From Tannerellaceae bacterium (GTDB lineage Bacteria > Bacteroidota > Bacteroidia > Bacteroidales > CAMTPD01): a DNA stretch of 64,000 bases. The notes below the pieces were generated by a model. It saw only the letters and a list, made by a program, of their open reading frames with translations, searched no databases and had not been told where the DNA came from. The DNA is taken from contig JBOGCF010000026.1 of assembly GCA_051656605.1 (NCBI GenBank), positions 7,148-71,147 of the forward strand, given 5' to 3'. The position numbers and the translations under genes are program-made. Shown one piece after another: positions 26,566 through 36,001 of this stretch. How positions within the stretch are numbered: the stretch's first letter is position 1; every line of letters starts with the position of its first letter.

Positions 26566-27609
26566 GTGGCAAATAGAAATTATATGAGAAGTTTTGCAAG
26601 CGATAATAACTCGGGAGTACATCCTGATATTATGCAAGCTATATTCAATGCTAATACCAACCATGCGATCGGGTATGGGGATGACTGCTGGACTACCAGA
26701 GCGGTAGAAGTTATTAAACAACAATTCGGAGAGTCTGCATCTCCTTTTTTTGTTTTTAATGGGACTGGAGCTAATTGTGTTGCGCTACAAGCTGCTACGC
26801 GTTCGTTTCATAGTATTATTACTGCAACGGGCGGACATATTGAAGTAGATGAGTGCGGTGCTCCGACAAAAATGACCGGTTGTCATATTATTTCGATTCC
26901 TACTACAGACGGAAAACTAACGCCGGAATTGATCGCTCCTAAACTAACCGGATTCGGAGAATGCCATCATTCACAACCCAAAGTGGTTTATATATCACAA
27001 TCGACCGAGGTAGGTACGGTTTATACGCCACAGGAGATAAAAGCGATTGCTGATTTGATTCACGGTTACGGTATGTATCTGCATATGGATGGAGCGCGCT
27101 TGGCAAATGCTTGTGCAACGCTTGGTTGCAGCATGAAGGCTTGTACGGTGGATGCCGGGGTGGATATCCTAAGTTTGGGAGGTACAAAGAATGGCATGAT
27201 GATGGGAGAGGTTGTTATAGCTTTTAAACCAGAACTTGCTGTTGATTTAGCATTTATTAGAAAGCAATCTGCTCAATTAGCGTCGAAAATGCGCTATCTT
27301 ACAGCTCAATTTGATGCTTACTTCAATAACTCATTATGGCTTGCGAATGCAACGCATGCTAATAAGCAGGCGTTGAGACTAAAAGAAGCTTTGTCTGGTT
27401 TTGATGGATTTCAATTAGAATATCCGGTGCAGGCGAATGCTTTGTTTATTTCAATGCCCCAACAGATTATTGAAAAGCTTAGAGAACACTTCTTCTTTTA
27501 TACATGGGATGAAGCACGTAATGTGGTACGCTTTGTATGTTCTTGGGATACAACTGATGAAGATATCGAGGCGTTTATTGCAATTGTAAAGCAAAACGTA
27601 ACACAATAA
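26566..27609 (+). CDS. ltaE: Low-specificity L-threonine aldolase (beta-eliminating lyase fold)
   Basis: FASDNNSGVHP, a PLP-lysine region (SLGGTKNGMMMGE), 347 aa. The true start may be the internal M at 26584. Confidence 0.8.
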   Translation: MANRNYMRSFASDNNSGVHPDIMQAIFNANTNHAIGYGDDCWTTRAVEVIKQQFGESASPFFVFNGTGANCVALQAATRSFHSIITATGGHIEVDECGAPTKMTGCHIISIPTTDGKLTPELIAPKLTGFGECHHSQPKVVYISQSTEVGTVYTPQEIKAIADLIHGYGMYLHMDGARLANACATLGCSMKACTVDAGVDILSLGGTKNGMMMGEVVIAFKPELAVDLAFIRKQSAQLASKMRYLTAQFDAYFNNSLWLANATHANKQALRLKEALSGFDGFQLEYPVQANALFISMPQQIIEKLREHFFFYTWDEARNVVRFVCSWDTTDEDIEAFIAIVKQNVTQ

Positions 27610-27861
27610 AAACAGAGTAAAAACTTAAAAAGAATCAGCACAGAGCATCTTGTTCGCTCAATTTGAATGAATATTTAAATCTTTTGAATTGATAGTCTGC
27701 ATTTTGTAGGGTGATGATGATTGTATCTTAGAGGCGGGGAAGAGCTTATACTATAGTAGGCTCATTTGTTTATTTCACCGACAGGAAAAGCTAAGATGGT
27801 ATTGCTTCTGGGATGAGAATAAAGAAACCCAATAGAATAATTAAATCGACGAGTAAAAAGT

Positions 27862-30156
27862 ATGAAGATTAAAATGAACAAAGTGTTCGCGGTACTGGCT
27901 ATGGCATTGGCTAGTGTCGGGATAGCAAAAGCTGCTAATGGCTTTGATCCTGTAGACTACGTGAACCCACTGGTTGGAACTCAATCGACTTTCGAGCTTT
28001 CGACAGGTAACACGTATCCTGCAATTGCCCGCCCTTGGGGTATGAACTTCTGGATGCCGCAAACAGGAAAAATGGGCGATGGTTGGGCGTATATGTATAC
28101 TGCCAACAAGATCAGAGGTTTTAAGCAAACTCACCAACCGAGTCCTTGGATTAATGACTACGGTCAGTTTTCAATCATGCCGGTAACAACGGGCCCTGAG
28201 TTTGATCAAGATAAGAGAGCGAGTTGGTTCTCTCACAAAACAGAGGTTGCAAAACCATATTATTATAAAGTATATCTTGCCGACCATGATGTAGTAACAG
28301 AGATGACTACAACAGACCGCGCGGCGATGTTCCGTTTTACATTCCCAGAAGCAAAAGAGTCTTTCGTAGTATTGGACGCTTTTGATATGGGTTCATTTGT
28401 AAAGATTATTCCGGAAGAAAATAAAATTGTTGGTTACTCTACTAAAAATAGCGGAGGTGTACCTGCAAACTTCAAAAACTATTTCGTAATCACATTTGAT
28501 AAGCCAATCGAGCTAACATATACGTTTGGTGATTCAATTTTGAATAATGATTTGGAGCGCAAAGCAAACCACGTAGGTGCGGTTGTTGGCTTTAAGACAA
28601 AACGTGGCGAATTGGTACACGCGAAGGTTGCTTCATCATTTATCAGCATTGAGCAAGCGGAGCTAAACTTGAAAGAACTTGGAAACAACTCGTTCGATCA
28701 GTTGGTGGCAGCAAGCAAAAGCGAATGGAACAAAACATTGGGCCGCATTGAAGTTGAAGGCGGAACAGTAGATCAATTCAGAACATTCTATACAACGATG
28801 TATCGTTCATTGTTGTTCCCTCGTAAGTTTTACGAATATGACGCAAAAGGAAACATTGTACACTATAGCCCTTACAATGGTGAAGTGTTGCCAGGTTATA
28901 TGTTTACAGATACCGGTTTTTGGGATACATTCCGCGCGTTGTTCCCATTCTTGAACTTGATGTATCCAAGCATCAACAAAGAAATTCAAGAAGGTTTGAT
29001 CAATGCATACAAAGAAAGCGGCTTCTTCCCAGAGTGGGCTAGTCCGGGCCACAGAGGCTGTATGGTTGGTAACAACTCGGCTTCTATTCTTGTAGATGCA
29101 TACTTGAAAGGTGTGAAAGTAGACGATGTGAAAACAATGTATGAAGGTATGGTTCACGGAGCAAACAATGTTCACCCTGAAGTTAGCTCAACGGGTCGTC
29201 TTGGTCATGAGTATTATAATAAACTAGGTTATATTCCTTCAGACGTAAACATTCACGAAAATGCAGCTCGTACATTGGAGTATGCATACAACGACTGGTG
29301 TATTTACCAACTTGCAAAAGAGTTGAAACGTCCTAAGAAAGAGATTGAACTTTACAAGAAGCGTGCTTATAACTATAAGAACCTATTCAATAAAGACTTC
29401 AATTTGATGAGCGGACGCAAGTCTGACGGATCTTTCGATCCTAACTTCTCTCCATTGAAATGGGGTGGTGACTTTACCGAAGGTAATAGCTGGCACTATA
29501 GCTGGTCTGTATTCCACGACCCAGCAGGTCTTATTGAGTTGATGGGCGGACGCAAGATGTTTGTTCAAATGCTAGACTCTGTGTTTGGTGTTCCTCCTCA
29601 CTTTGATGATAGCTACTATGGTTTTGTAATTCACGAAATCCGCGAAATGCAAATCATGAACATGGGTAACTATGCACACGGTAACCAACCGATCCAACAC
29701 ATGATTTACTTGTACAACTATGCAGGTGAACCTTGGAAAGCTCAATACTGGGTGCGTGAGGTAATGAATAAAATGTACAATGCGAACCCTGATGGTTATT
29801 GCGGTGACGAAGATAACGGTCAAACTTCTGCATGGTATGTATTCTCAGCTCTTGGTTTCTATCCTGTAACTCCGGGTTCTGACCAGTATGTAATGGGTGC
29901 TCCTTTGTTTAAGAAAGCAACAATTACATTGGAGAATGGAAATAAGATCATTATCAATGCTCCGAACAATAGTGACAAGAATCGCTATGTAAACCGTGTT
30001 ACTGTAAACGGTAAAGAGTATTCGAAAACATATTACGGTCACTTTGATTTGATGAAGGGTGCTGTTATTGATATTGACATGACAGATACTCCAAACAAAA
30101 CACGTGGTATCAAGCCGGAAGATGCTCCATATTCATTCTCTGTGAATGAAAAGTAA
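27862..30156 (+). CDS. GH92 alpha-mannosidase (secreted)
   Basis: 764 aa with a signal peptide. GH92-typical sequences are present (VNPLVGT, GNTYPAIARPWGMNFW, GYCGDEDNGQTSAWYVFSALGFYPV). Confidence 0.9.
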   Translation: MKIKMNKVFAVLAMALASVGIAKAANGFDPVDYVNPLVGTQSTFELSTGNTYPAIARPWGMNFWMPQTGKMGDGWAYMYTANKIRGFKQTHQPSPWINDYGQFSIMPVTTGPEFDQDKRASWFSHKTEVAKPYYYKVYLADHDVVTEMTTTDRAAMFRFTFPEAKESFVVLDAFDMGSFVKIIPEENKIVGYSTKNSGGVPANFKNYFVITFDKPIELTYTFGDSILNNDLERKANHVGAVVGFKTKRGELVHAKVASSFISIEQAELNLKELGNNSFDQLVAASKSEWNKTLGRIEVEGGTVDQFRTFYTTMYRSLLFPRKFYEYDAKGNIVHYSPYNGEVLPGYMFTDTGFWDTFRALFPFLNLMYPSINKEIQEGLINAYKESGFFPEWASPGHRGCMVGNNSASILVDAYLKGVKVDDVKTMYEGMVHGANNVHPEVSSTGRLGHEYYNKLGYIPSDVNIHENAARTLEYAYNDWCIYQLAKELKRPKKEIELYKKRAYNYKNLFNKDFNLMSGRKSDGSFDPNFSPLKWGGDFTEGNSWHYSWSVFHDPAGLIELMGGRKMFVQMLDSVFGVPPHFDDSYYGFVIHEIREMQIMNMGNYAHGNQPIQHMIYLYNYAGEPWKAQYWVREVMNKMYNANPDGYCGDEDNGQTSAWYVFSALGFYPVTPGSDQYVMGAPLFKKATITLENGNKIIINAPNNSDKNRYVNRVTVNGKEYSKTYYGHFDLMKGAVIDIDMTDTPNKTRGIKPEDAPYSFSVNEK

Positions 30157-30182
30157 TCTTACCGACTACATAATTTAAGAAA

Positions 30183-30230
30183 ACGGGCAAAGTTTTTACG
30201 AAAAGTATTAACTTTGCCCGTCTTTATTTA
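30183..30230 (+). terminator. Intrinsic terminator after GH92
   Basis: 12-bp stem ACGGGCAAAGTT / AACTTTGCCCGT followed by CTTTATTT. Confidence 0.75.
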
Positions 30231-30236
30231 GAAATT

Positions 30237-31391
30237 ATGAAAAACAAAAAATTATTTCTAGCGTTCATACCCTTAATGATGACTTTCTTTACAATGGGAT
30301 TTGTAGACATTGTGGGTATTGCGACCAATTATGTCAAGGTAGACTTTGGCTTGTCTGATACGGTAGCCAACATACTTCCTCTGACGGTGTTTTTATGGTT
30401 TCTAGTTCTTTCCATTCCTGCCGCAGCATTAATGAATCGTTTTGGTAGAAAGAATGTGGTGATTGCAAGTGTTGTGATAACGTTTGCTTCGTTGCTAGTG
30501 CCAATCTTTGATTATAGTTTGCTGCTTATGGTGATTGCTTTTGGTCTCTTAGGTATTGGTAACGCTCTTATGCAGGTTTCATTGAATCCGCTTTTATCTA
30601 ATATACTTCCTACGAATCGACTGGCAGCAAGTCTTACCTTGGGACAATTCTTTAAAGGTTTGGCTGCTTTTGCCGCTCCGATTATTGCGGTTTGGGCTGC
30701 AACGTTCTTTGGAAGTTGGTTAATGATATTTCCGTTTCTTGCTTTCATAACGTTGACACCAACTGTGTGGTTGTTGTTTACAGATATTGAAGAGTCGCTC
30801 GATGAGGGACGTAATAACTCGATATTGGATAGTTTTCGTTTGTTTCGCAATACAACAGTATTGTTGTGTTTTATAGCGATCATTATGCATGTAGGTACGG
30901 ATGTTGGAATTAATACCACTGCTCCCAAGTTGATGATGGAGCGTTTAGGTTTGCCTCTTGAGCAAGCGAGTTATGCAACAAGCTTTTACTTTTTGGCTCG
31001 TACGATAGGATGCTTGATGGGGTCTTTTGTGTTGTCACACGTGTCGGCTCGAAAGGTATTCCTTGTTAGCGTGCTTTGTGTATTGGGAGGTTTAGTTGGC
31101 TTGTGGATTTCAAGTTCGGGAGTTTTGCTTTTTGGATCGTTAGTTCTGGTAGGACTAGGAAACTCTAATCTGTTTGCAATTATATTCTCAGAAGCATTAA
31201 ATGAGGAGTCGGATCGCCGAAATGAAGTGTCTGGGCTTATGATTATGGGGCTTACGGGAGGAGCTATTTTTCCCTTGTTGATGGGAGTTGCTTCTGATGC
31301 GACAGATAGTCAGGCCGGAGCGATTGGCGTATTGTTTATCTGTGCGGCATATCTGTTGTTGTTGACTCCGCGTATTCGTAAGCACTTGTAG
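30237..31391 (+). CDS. MFS sugar transporter (FucP-like)
   Basis: 384 aa, about 12 TM helices, an MFS-like loop motif (MNRFGRKN). Adjacent to GH92. Confidence 0.75.
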   Translation: MKNKKLFLAFIPLMMTFFTMGFVDIVGIATNYVKVDFGLSDTVANILPLTVFLWFLVLSIPAAALMNRFGRKNVVIASVVITFASLLVPIFDYSLLLMVIAFGLLGIGNALMQVSLNPLLSNILPTNRLAASLTLGQFFKGLAAFAAPIIAVWAATFFGSWLMIFPFLAFITLTPTVWLLFTDIEESLDEGRNNSILDSFRLFRNTTVLLCFIAIIMHVGTDVGINTTAPKLMMERLGLPLEQASYATSFYFLARTIGCLMGSFVLSHVSARKVFLVSVLCVLGGLVGLWISSSGVLLFGSLVLVGLGNSNLFAIIFSEALNEESDRRNEVSGLMIMGLTGGAIFPLLMGVASDATDSQAGAIGVLFICAAYLLLLTPRIRKHL

Positions 31392-31415
31392 TAAATCTTG
31401 TTTTGATGATATAAA

Positions 31416-31460
31416 GTCTTTGCAGTTTTGGTTACGACCAAAGTTGCAAAGGCTTTTTTT
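31416..31460 (+). terminator. Intrinsic terminator after the MFS gene
   Basis: Two-segment stem CTTTGCA-TTTGGT / ACCAAA-TGCAAAG, then a T7 run. Confidence 0.8.
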
Positions 31461-31553
31461 ATTTTAAGGAATTTGTAGAGTAGGGGCGGAGGAGTAAAAA
31501 CGAATGCAAACTTGATTGCAAAATTAGCATGAGCAGAAACATGAAGTGTAGAT

Positions 31554-31588
31554 ATAAAAAAAGAGAGTATTCTGCTGAATACTCTCTT
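31554..31588 (-). terminator. Intrinsic terminator of tRNA-fMet
   Basis: 12-bp stem AAGAGAGTATTC / GAATACTCTCTT with loop TGCT. A T7 run follows on the minus strand, 5 nt past the tRNA 3' end. Confidence 0.85.
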
Positions 31589-31593
31589 GATAG

Positions 31594-31665
<72 letters not shown>

Positions 31666-31695
31666 ATGTTTACCAATAACCTTTCGATTACAGTA

Positions 31696-31726
31696 CAAAG
31701 GTAATTAAATTATTTTTAATACCAAA
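31696..31726 (-). promoter_or_regulatory. Bacteroidetes-type promoter of tRNA-fMet
   Basis: On the minus strand: -33 TTTG (31726-31723), a 19-nt spacer, then -7 TACCTTTG (31703-31696). It lies about 30 nt upstream of the mature 5' end. Confidence 0.6.
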
Positions 31727-31821
31727 TTGTTGGCAACTTTTTTTTCTTTCACTTGTTTTGTACGGCCTTTTCATGTACTTTCGCACATATCTAAGTTAAT
31801 TGTGCAATACGAATAAAGAAT

Positions 31822-32409
31822 ATGACAGTTTCGAGAACGAGAGAAATGTTGGTTGATGTGGCAAGAAAACTTTTTGCCCGTGAAGGAGTGGAGAACACTA
31901 CAATGAACGACATTGCCATTGCTTCAGGTAAGGGTCGGAGGACATTGTATACCTACTTCAAAAGTAAGAATGAAATATATCTTGCAGTAGTAGAGTCTGA
32001 GCTCAAGCAACTATACACAGCTCTTCTTGAGGTAGAAAGCAAAGATCTTGCTCCTGATAAGAAGCTGATCGAGTTGATCTACACTCGTCTCGAGGCAGTA
32101 AAACGTGTCGTATTACGTAATGGTACATTAAGAGCCGACTTCTTTAGAGATATCTGGAAAGTTGAAAAAGTACGTAAGAACTTCGATTTGAAAGAAATTG
32201 AAATATTGAAACGTACGTTGGACGACGGTGTTGCAAAAGGTATATTCTTTGTTCCAGATACTGAAGTTACAGCTGCCATCCTGCATCATGCTGTAAAAGG
32301 GCTAGAAGTTCCTTTTATCAGAGGTCTTCTTGGTGATGATCAGGAAATGAAACAACGCAGAAAAGAGAATGTCATAAACTTATTATTCAACGGGCTAAAG
32401 ATTAAATAA
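31822..32409 (+). CDS. TetR/AcrR-family transcriptional regulator
   Basis: 195 aa with an N-terminal HTH (TTMNDIAIASGKGRRTLYTYFKSKNEIY). Confidence 0.85.
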   Translation: MTVSRTREMLVDVARKLFAREGVENTTMNDIAIASGKGRRTLYTYFKSKNEIYLAVVESELKQLYTALLEVESKDLAPDKKLIELIYTRLEAVKRVVLRNGTLRADFFRDIWKVEKVRKNFDLKEIEILKRTLDDGVAKGIFFVPDTEVTAAILHHAVKGLEVPFIRGLLGDDQEMKQRRKENVINLLFNGLKIK

Positions 32410-32413
32410 GCAC

Positions 32414-33361
32414 ATGTTTATCAACGCAACTGGGTTCTATATACCCTCAGAAAGAGTTCATAACGATTATTTCTTAGACGTTAACGGACTAACCAATGAA
32501 TGGATTCAGCAACGCACCGGGATTGTAACCCGATCAAAGGCTGCTGAAGATGAGAATATCAATACCATGAGCTTCGCGGCTGTTGAAAATGCTATTGAAA
32601 CTCTTCCTTATCCAATCGAAGATGTAGATCTAATTATTGCTGCATCTTATTCTCCATACGATACTGTAGGAACATTTGGACACGAAGTACAGCGTAAGTT
32701 TAATGTAGACAAAGCCCGAGTGGTGTATATCTCATCTGCTTGCTCATCTTTTCTAAATGCACTTGAAATTGTAGAAGGATATTTTGCAACAGGCAAAGCT
32801 ACTAAGGCCTTAGTTGTATCTGCCGATCACAATACCTATTATAGTAATGAGTCTGATCCGAAAGCCGGACACCTTTGGGGCGATGCTGCTGCTGCTTTCT
32901 TCTTGTCAAAAGAGCAAGTAAAAGAAGGAGAGCCTCGTATTGTAGATATCTTTACGCAAGGTTTGGGCCACATTGGTAAAGGACCAGACGGAGTAAAACT
33001 TCTTCCTGGCGACGGCGGTATTGTAATGCCGGACGGACGCGATGTATTCATTCAGGCATGTACCTATATGGCTAAGAATACACTCGATATTTTAGAAAAC
33101 AACAACTACACACTAGAGGATCTTTCATACCTTATCGGCCACCAAGCCAATATGCGTATCATGAGCAATATTGCTAAACAACTAAACTTGCCGGAAGAGA
33201 AGTTTCTGTCTAATATTGCAGAGCTTGGTAATACCGGATCGGTTAGTACGGCATTGGTATATGCACAGAATAAAGATCTATATAAGAAGGGCGACAAAAT
33301 CGTTCTTACTGTATTCGGCGGAGGATATTCGGCCGGCGTATGTTTGATTCAATTTGATTAA
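32414..33361 (+). CDS. fabH: 3-oxoacyl-ACP synthase III (KAS III, FabH-like)
   Basis: Cys-His-Asn contexts SSACSSF, IGHQANMRI and LGNTGSVS. 315 aa. Confidence 0.8.
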   Translation: MFINATGFYIPSERVHNDYFLDVNGLTNEWIQQRTGIVTRSKAAEDENINTMSFAAVENAIETLPYPIEDVDLIIAASYSPYDTVGTFGHEVQRKFNVDKARVVYISSACSSFLNALEIVEGYFATGKATKALVVSADHNTYYSNESDPKAGHLWGDAAAAFFLSKEQVKEGEPRIVDIFTQGLGHIGKGPDGVKLLPGDGGIVMPDGRDVFIQACTYMAKNTLDILENNNYTLEDLSYLIGHQANMRIMSNIAKQLNLPEEKFLSNIAELGNTGSVSTALVYAQNKDLYKKGDKIVLTVFGGGYSAGVCLIQFD

Positions 33362-33375
33362 AAAATAAAGATATT

Positions 33376-34122
33376 ATGGGATTATTAGATGGTAAAGTAG
33401 CTATCGTTACAGGTGCTGCTCGTGGTATTGGTAAAGCTATTGCGCTTAAGTTTGCACAAGAAGGAGCTAACATCGCTTTCACAGATCTTTCGATCGACGA
33501 CAATGCACTTGAAACTGAAAAAGAAATCGCTGCATTGGGTGTTAAAGTAAAAGGTTATGCTTCAAACGCTGCTGACTTTGAAGATACTCACAAAGTAGTA
33601 GAGCAAATCCACAAAGACTTTGGCCGTATCGACATCCTTGTAAACAACGCAGGTATTACTCGCGATGGTTTGATGATGCGTATGACAGAGCAACAATGGG
33701 ATATGGTTATCAACGTAAACCTAAAATCTGCATTTAACTTTGTTCACGCAGTAACTCCTATCATGATGCGTCAAAAAACAGGAAGCATCATCAATATGAG
33801 CTCCGTAGTAGGTGTGTCTGGTAACGCAGGACAAGCAAACTATTCTGCTTCAAAAGCAGGTATGATCGGTTTGGCTAAATCAATCGCTAAAGAACTTGGT
33901 TCAAGAGGCGTGCGTGCAAATGCAATTGCTCCGGGCTTCATCATTACAGAAATGACAGGACAATTGTCTGACGAAGTAAAAGCTAAATGGGCAGAAACAA
34001 TTCCAATGCGTCGCGGCGGTACACCGGAAGATGTTGCAAACACAGCACTTTATTTGGCTTCTGATCTTTCTGCATATGTAACAGGTCAGGTAGTACACGT
34101 TTGTGGTGGTATGAATATGTAA
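33376..34122 (+). CDS. fabG: 3-oxoacyl-ACP reductase
   Basis: SDR motifs VTGAARGIGKAIA, NNAGI and YSASKAG. 248 aa. Confidence 0.9.
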   Translation: MGLLDGKVAIVTGAARGIGKAIALKFAQEGANIAFTDLSIDDNALETEKEIAALGVKVKGYASNAADFEDTHKVVEQIHKDFGRIDILVNNAGITRDGLMMRMTEQQWDMVINVNLKSAFNFVHAVTPIMMRQKTGSIINMSSVVGVSGNAGQANYSASKAGMIGLAKSIAKELGSRGVRANAIAPGFIITEMTGQLSDEVKAKWAETIPMRRGGTPEDVANTALYLASDLSAYVTGQVVHVCGGMNM

Positions 34123-34131
34123 TATTGCTTC

Positions 34132-34812
34132 ATGGAAGTTATTTACGAAGACAATCATATCATTGCCGTTAACAAGACTTGCTCGGAGATTGTGCAAGGA
34201 GACAAAACGGGCGACAAACCTTTATCTGACATTGTAAAAGATTGGTTGAAGGTAAAGTACAACAAACCCGGAAACGTGTTTGTTGGCGTAACGCACCGTC
34301 TCGACCGTCCCGTTAGCGGATTGGTTCTTTTTGCCAAGACAAGTAAAGCACTTACCCGCCTAAACGAAATGTTTCGTGAAGGTGGTGTAAAGAAAACCTA
34401 TTGGGCCATTGTGCGCAACCGTCCGCCGCAAGAGGAGGGAGAGTTGGTACACTACTTGGTAAAGAATGAGAAGCAAAACAAATCGTATGCTTATCCTACC
34501 GAGAAGCCACAGTCTAAAAAGGCAATCTTGCATTACAAGTTGATCGCGAGCTCCGACAATTATCATTTATTGGAAGTAGATCTAAAGACAGGGCGTCATC
34601 ATCAGATACGTTGTCAGCTTGCCAAGATGGGATGTCCTATCAAAGGCGACTTGAAATACGGTTTTGATCGGTCAAACAAAGATGGAGGTATTAGCTTGCA
34701 CTCACGTAGAGCATCTTTTATCCATCCGGTTTCGAAAGAACAAATTGATATTGTTGCCCCGGTTCCGAACGATCCGCTTTGGAAAATGTTTGAAACGGCA
34801 GTAACCAAATAG
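34132..34812 (+). CDS. RluA-family pseudouridine synthase
   Basis: Catalytic motif HRLDRPVSGLVLFAKT plus a conserved C-terminal HQIR. Confidence 0.85.
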   Translation: MEVIYEDNHIIAVNKTCSEIVQGDKTGDKPLSDIVKDWLKVKYNKPGNVFVGVTHRLDRPVSGLVLFAKTSKALTRLNEMFREGGVKKTYWAIVRNRPPQEEGELVHYLVKNEKQNKSYAYPTEKPQSKKAILHYKLIASSDNYHLLEVDLKTGRHHQIRCQLAKMGCPIKGDLKYGFDRSNKDGGISLHSRRASFIHPVSKEQIDIVAPVPNDPLWKMFETAVTK

Positions 34813-34858
34813 TTTGAAATACCTTATATCCGAAAATGATATAAGACATCACATAAAA

Positions 34859-34905
34859 AAATCCTCGTTTGAACACTCTTTTATCAAGGGCTCAAACGGG
34901 GATTT
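34859..34905 (-). terminator. Hairpin whose U-tract lies on the minus strand
   Basis: Stem AAATCCTCGTTTGA / TCAAACGGGGATTT (one G:U). The A6 run lies on its + strand 5' side, which becomes a T6 run after the hairpin on the minus strand. On the + strand it is followed by CTTGCG. Confidence 0.45.
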
Positions 34906-35003
34906 CTTGCGTTAATACACTATGAACAACAGATGAGATATAGTACTGAAAGTGTCGATGTTTAATGTTCACGATAGTACTCATTAAGGTATGCCATCGT
35001 GAA

Positions 35004-35107
35004 CGTTAAGCTTAGACAGGTACGTGTCTAAGATGTGTACACGTACGTGACGCATTCTTGTCATATACCTGTCTAAGTTGTATACACGGTCGTGTCTAAG
35101 CTTAACG
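35004..35107. repeat. TGTCTAAG repeat / inverted-repeat element
   Basis: Perfect 15-bp inverted repeat CGTTAAGCTTAGACA (35004-35018) / TGTCTAAGCTTAACG (35093-35107). The 8-mer TGTCTAAG occurs 3 times directly (35025, 35070, 35093) and once inverted (35011-35018). There is an inner 8-bp hairpin GTACGTGT/ACACGTAC (35020-35046). Confidence 0.7.
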
Positions 35108-35159
35108 CATGCGATAAGCAGGCTTAAATCTGCCGAGGAGTTATCTTCGAGAAGTTTAT

Positions 35160-35205
35160 AAACGACAAAAGCAGTACGTTTCATTGATTTGAAAGTACTG
35201 CTTTT
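35160..35205 (-). terminator. Intrinsic terminator of yhhQ
   Basis: 11-bp stem AAAAGCAGTAC / GTACTGCTTTT with inner TTTCA/TGAAA pairing. T-rich after the hairpin on the minus strand. Confidence 0.8.
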
Positions 35206-35256
35206 ATCGTTAGATTATGATGTGTTTCGGTGTTTTGCTAGTAAAGAGAAGGGAGG

Positions 35257-35937
35257 TTATACCTCGCTGATTTTCCAGAAGCTATACGACACATCTTCGT
35301 CGTATACATCTGTTTGCTCTACACGTTTGATGTAGTTCACGATAAGTTTAGTAATCGGAAGGATTACAATTTCGTAAGCTGTTTTTAAAACCGCCTGCGT
35401 GCCGATCATGATTAGTAGATCATTAAACGGAACAATGCCAAAGAAAGCGATTGGGAAGAATACCATCGAATCGGCCGATTCTCCTACCATTGTTGAAACA
35501 ACGGCACGAAGCGAAAAATTGCGTCCGCCCGAGGCGATCTTCATTTTACTCATCACATAAGCGTTGAGAAACGAACCGATCAAAAATGCACAAAGGCTTG
35601 CTACGGCAATACGCGGAGTCATTGCAAAGATTGATTTAAAAGCTTCCTGTCCTTCGTAGAAAGGAGCTGCCGGAAGCGCAACTGCTATTTGTGCCAAACC
35701 AACCACAAAGAAGTTCATGGCAAACCCGCTCCAAATGATCAGACGCGCTTTTTTATAGCCCCATACTTCGGCTATCAGGTCGTTGATAATATAAGAAATC
35801 GGGAAAACGATAAGGCCGGCAGTTGCCGTGATAGGACCAATTTGAATTAGTTTGGTCTCGAGAAGATTTGCTGCAATCAAACAAACGTTGAATAAGATTG
35901 CAAGCATCATAAATGTAACTGAAACTTGTTTCTTCAT
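35257..35937 (-). CDS. yhhQ: Queuosine-precursor transporter (VUT/YhhQ family)
   Basis: 226 aa, about 6 TM helices. YhhQ-like sequence (FPISYIINDLIAEVWGYKKARLIIWSGF, ESADSMVFFPIAF). Confidence 0.85.
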   Translation of the reverse strand: MKKQVSVTFMMLAILFNVCLIAANLLETKLIQIGPITATAGLIVFPISYIINDLIAEVWGYKKARLIIWSGFAMNFFVVGLAQIAVALPAAPFYEGQEAFKSIFAMTPRIAVASLCAFLIGSFLNAYVMSKMKIASGGRNFSLRAVVSTMVGESADSMVFFPIAFFGIVPFNDLLIMIGTQAVLKTAYEIVILPITKLIVNYIKRVEQTDVYDEDVSYSFWKISEV

Positions 35938-35944
35938 TGTTATT

Positions 35945-35975
35945 CTTGTTTTTTACGTGGTTATACAAGCACACG
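35945..35975 (-). promoter_or_regulatory. Candidate preQ1-I riboswitch aptamer (H-type pseudoknot) in the yhhQ 5' UTR
   Basis: Minus-strand RNA is CGUG-UG-CUUG-UAUAAC-CACG-UAAAAAA-CAAG. P1 is CGUG/CACG and P2 is CUUG/CAAG. The loop ends in AAC and the L3 tail is A-rich, paralleling the Bsu/Tte preQ1-I layout. It ends 7 nt before the AUG. Confidence 0.5.
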
Positions 35976-36001
35976 GACCTCCACCATCGGATAATCTGCC
36001 G

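Noticed and set aside
34984-35184. 66-aa minus-strand ORF in the rluA-yhhQ spacer
   Set aside because: Its start codon lies inside the yhhQ terminator hairpin. Its sequence is dictated by the TGTCTAAG repeats and inverted repeats, and I recognise no family.
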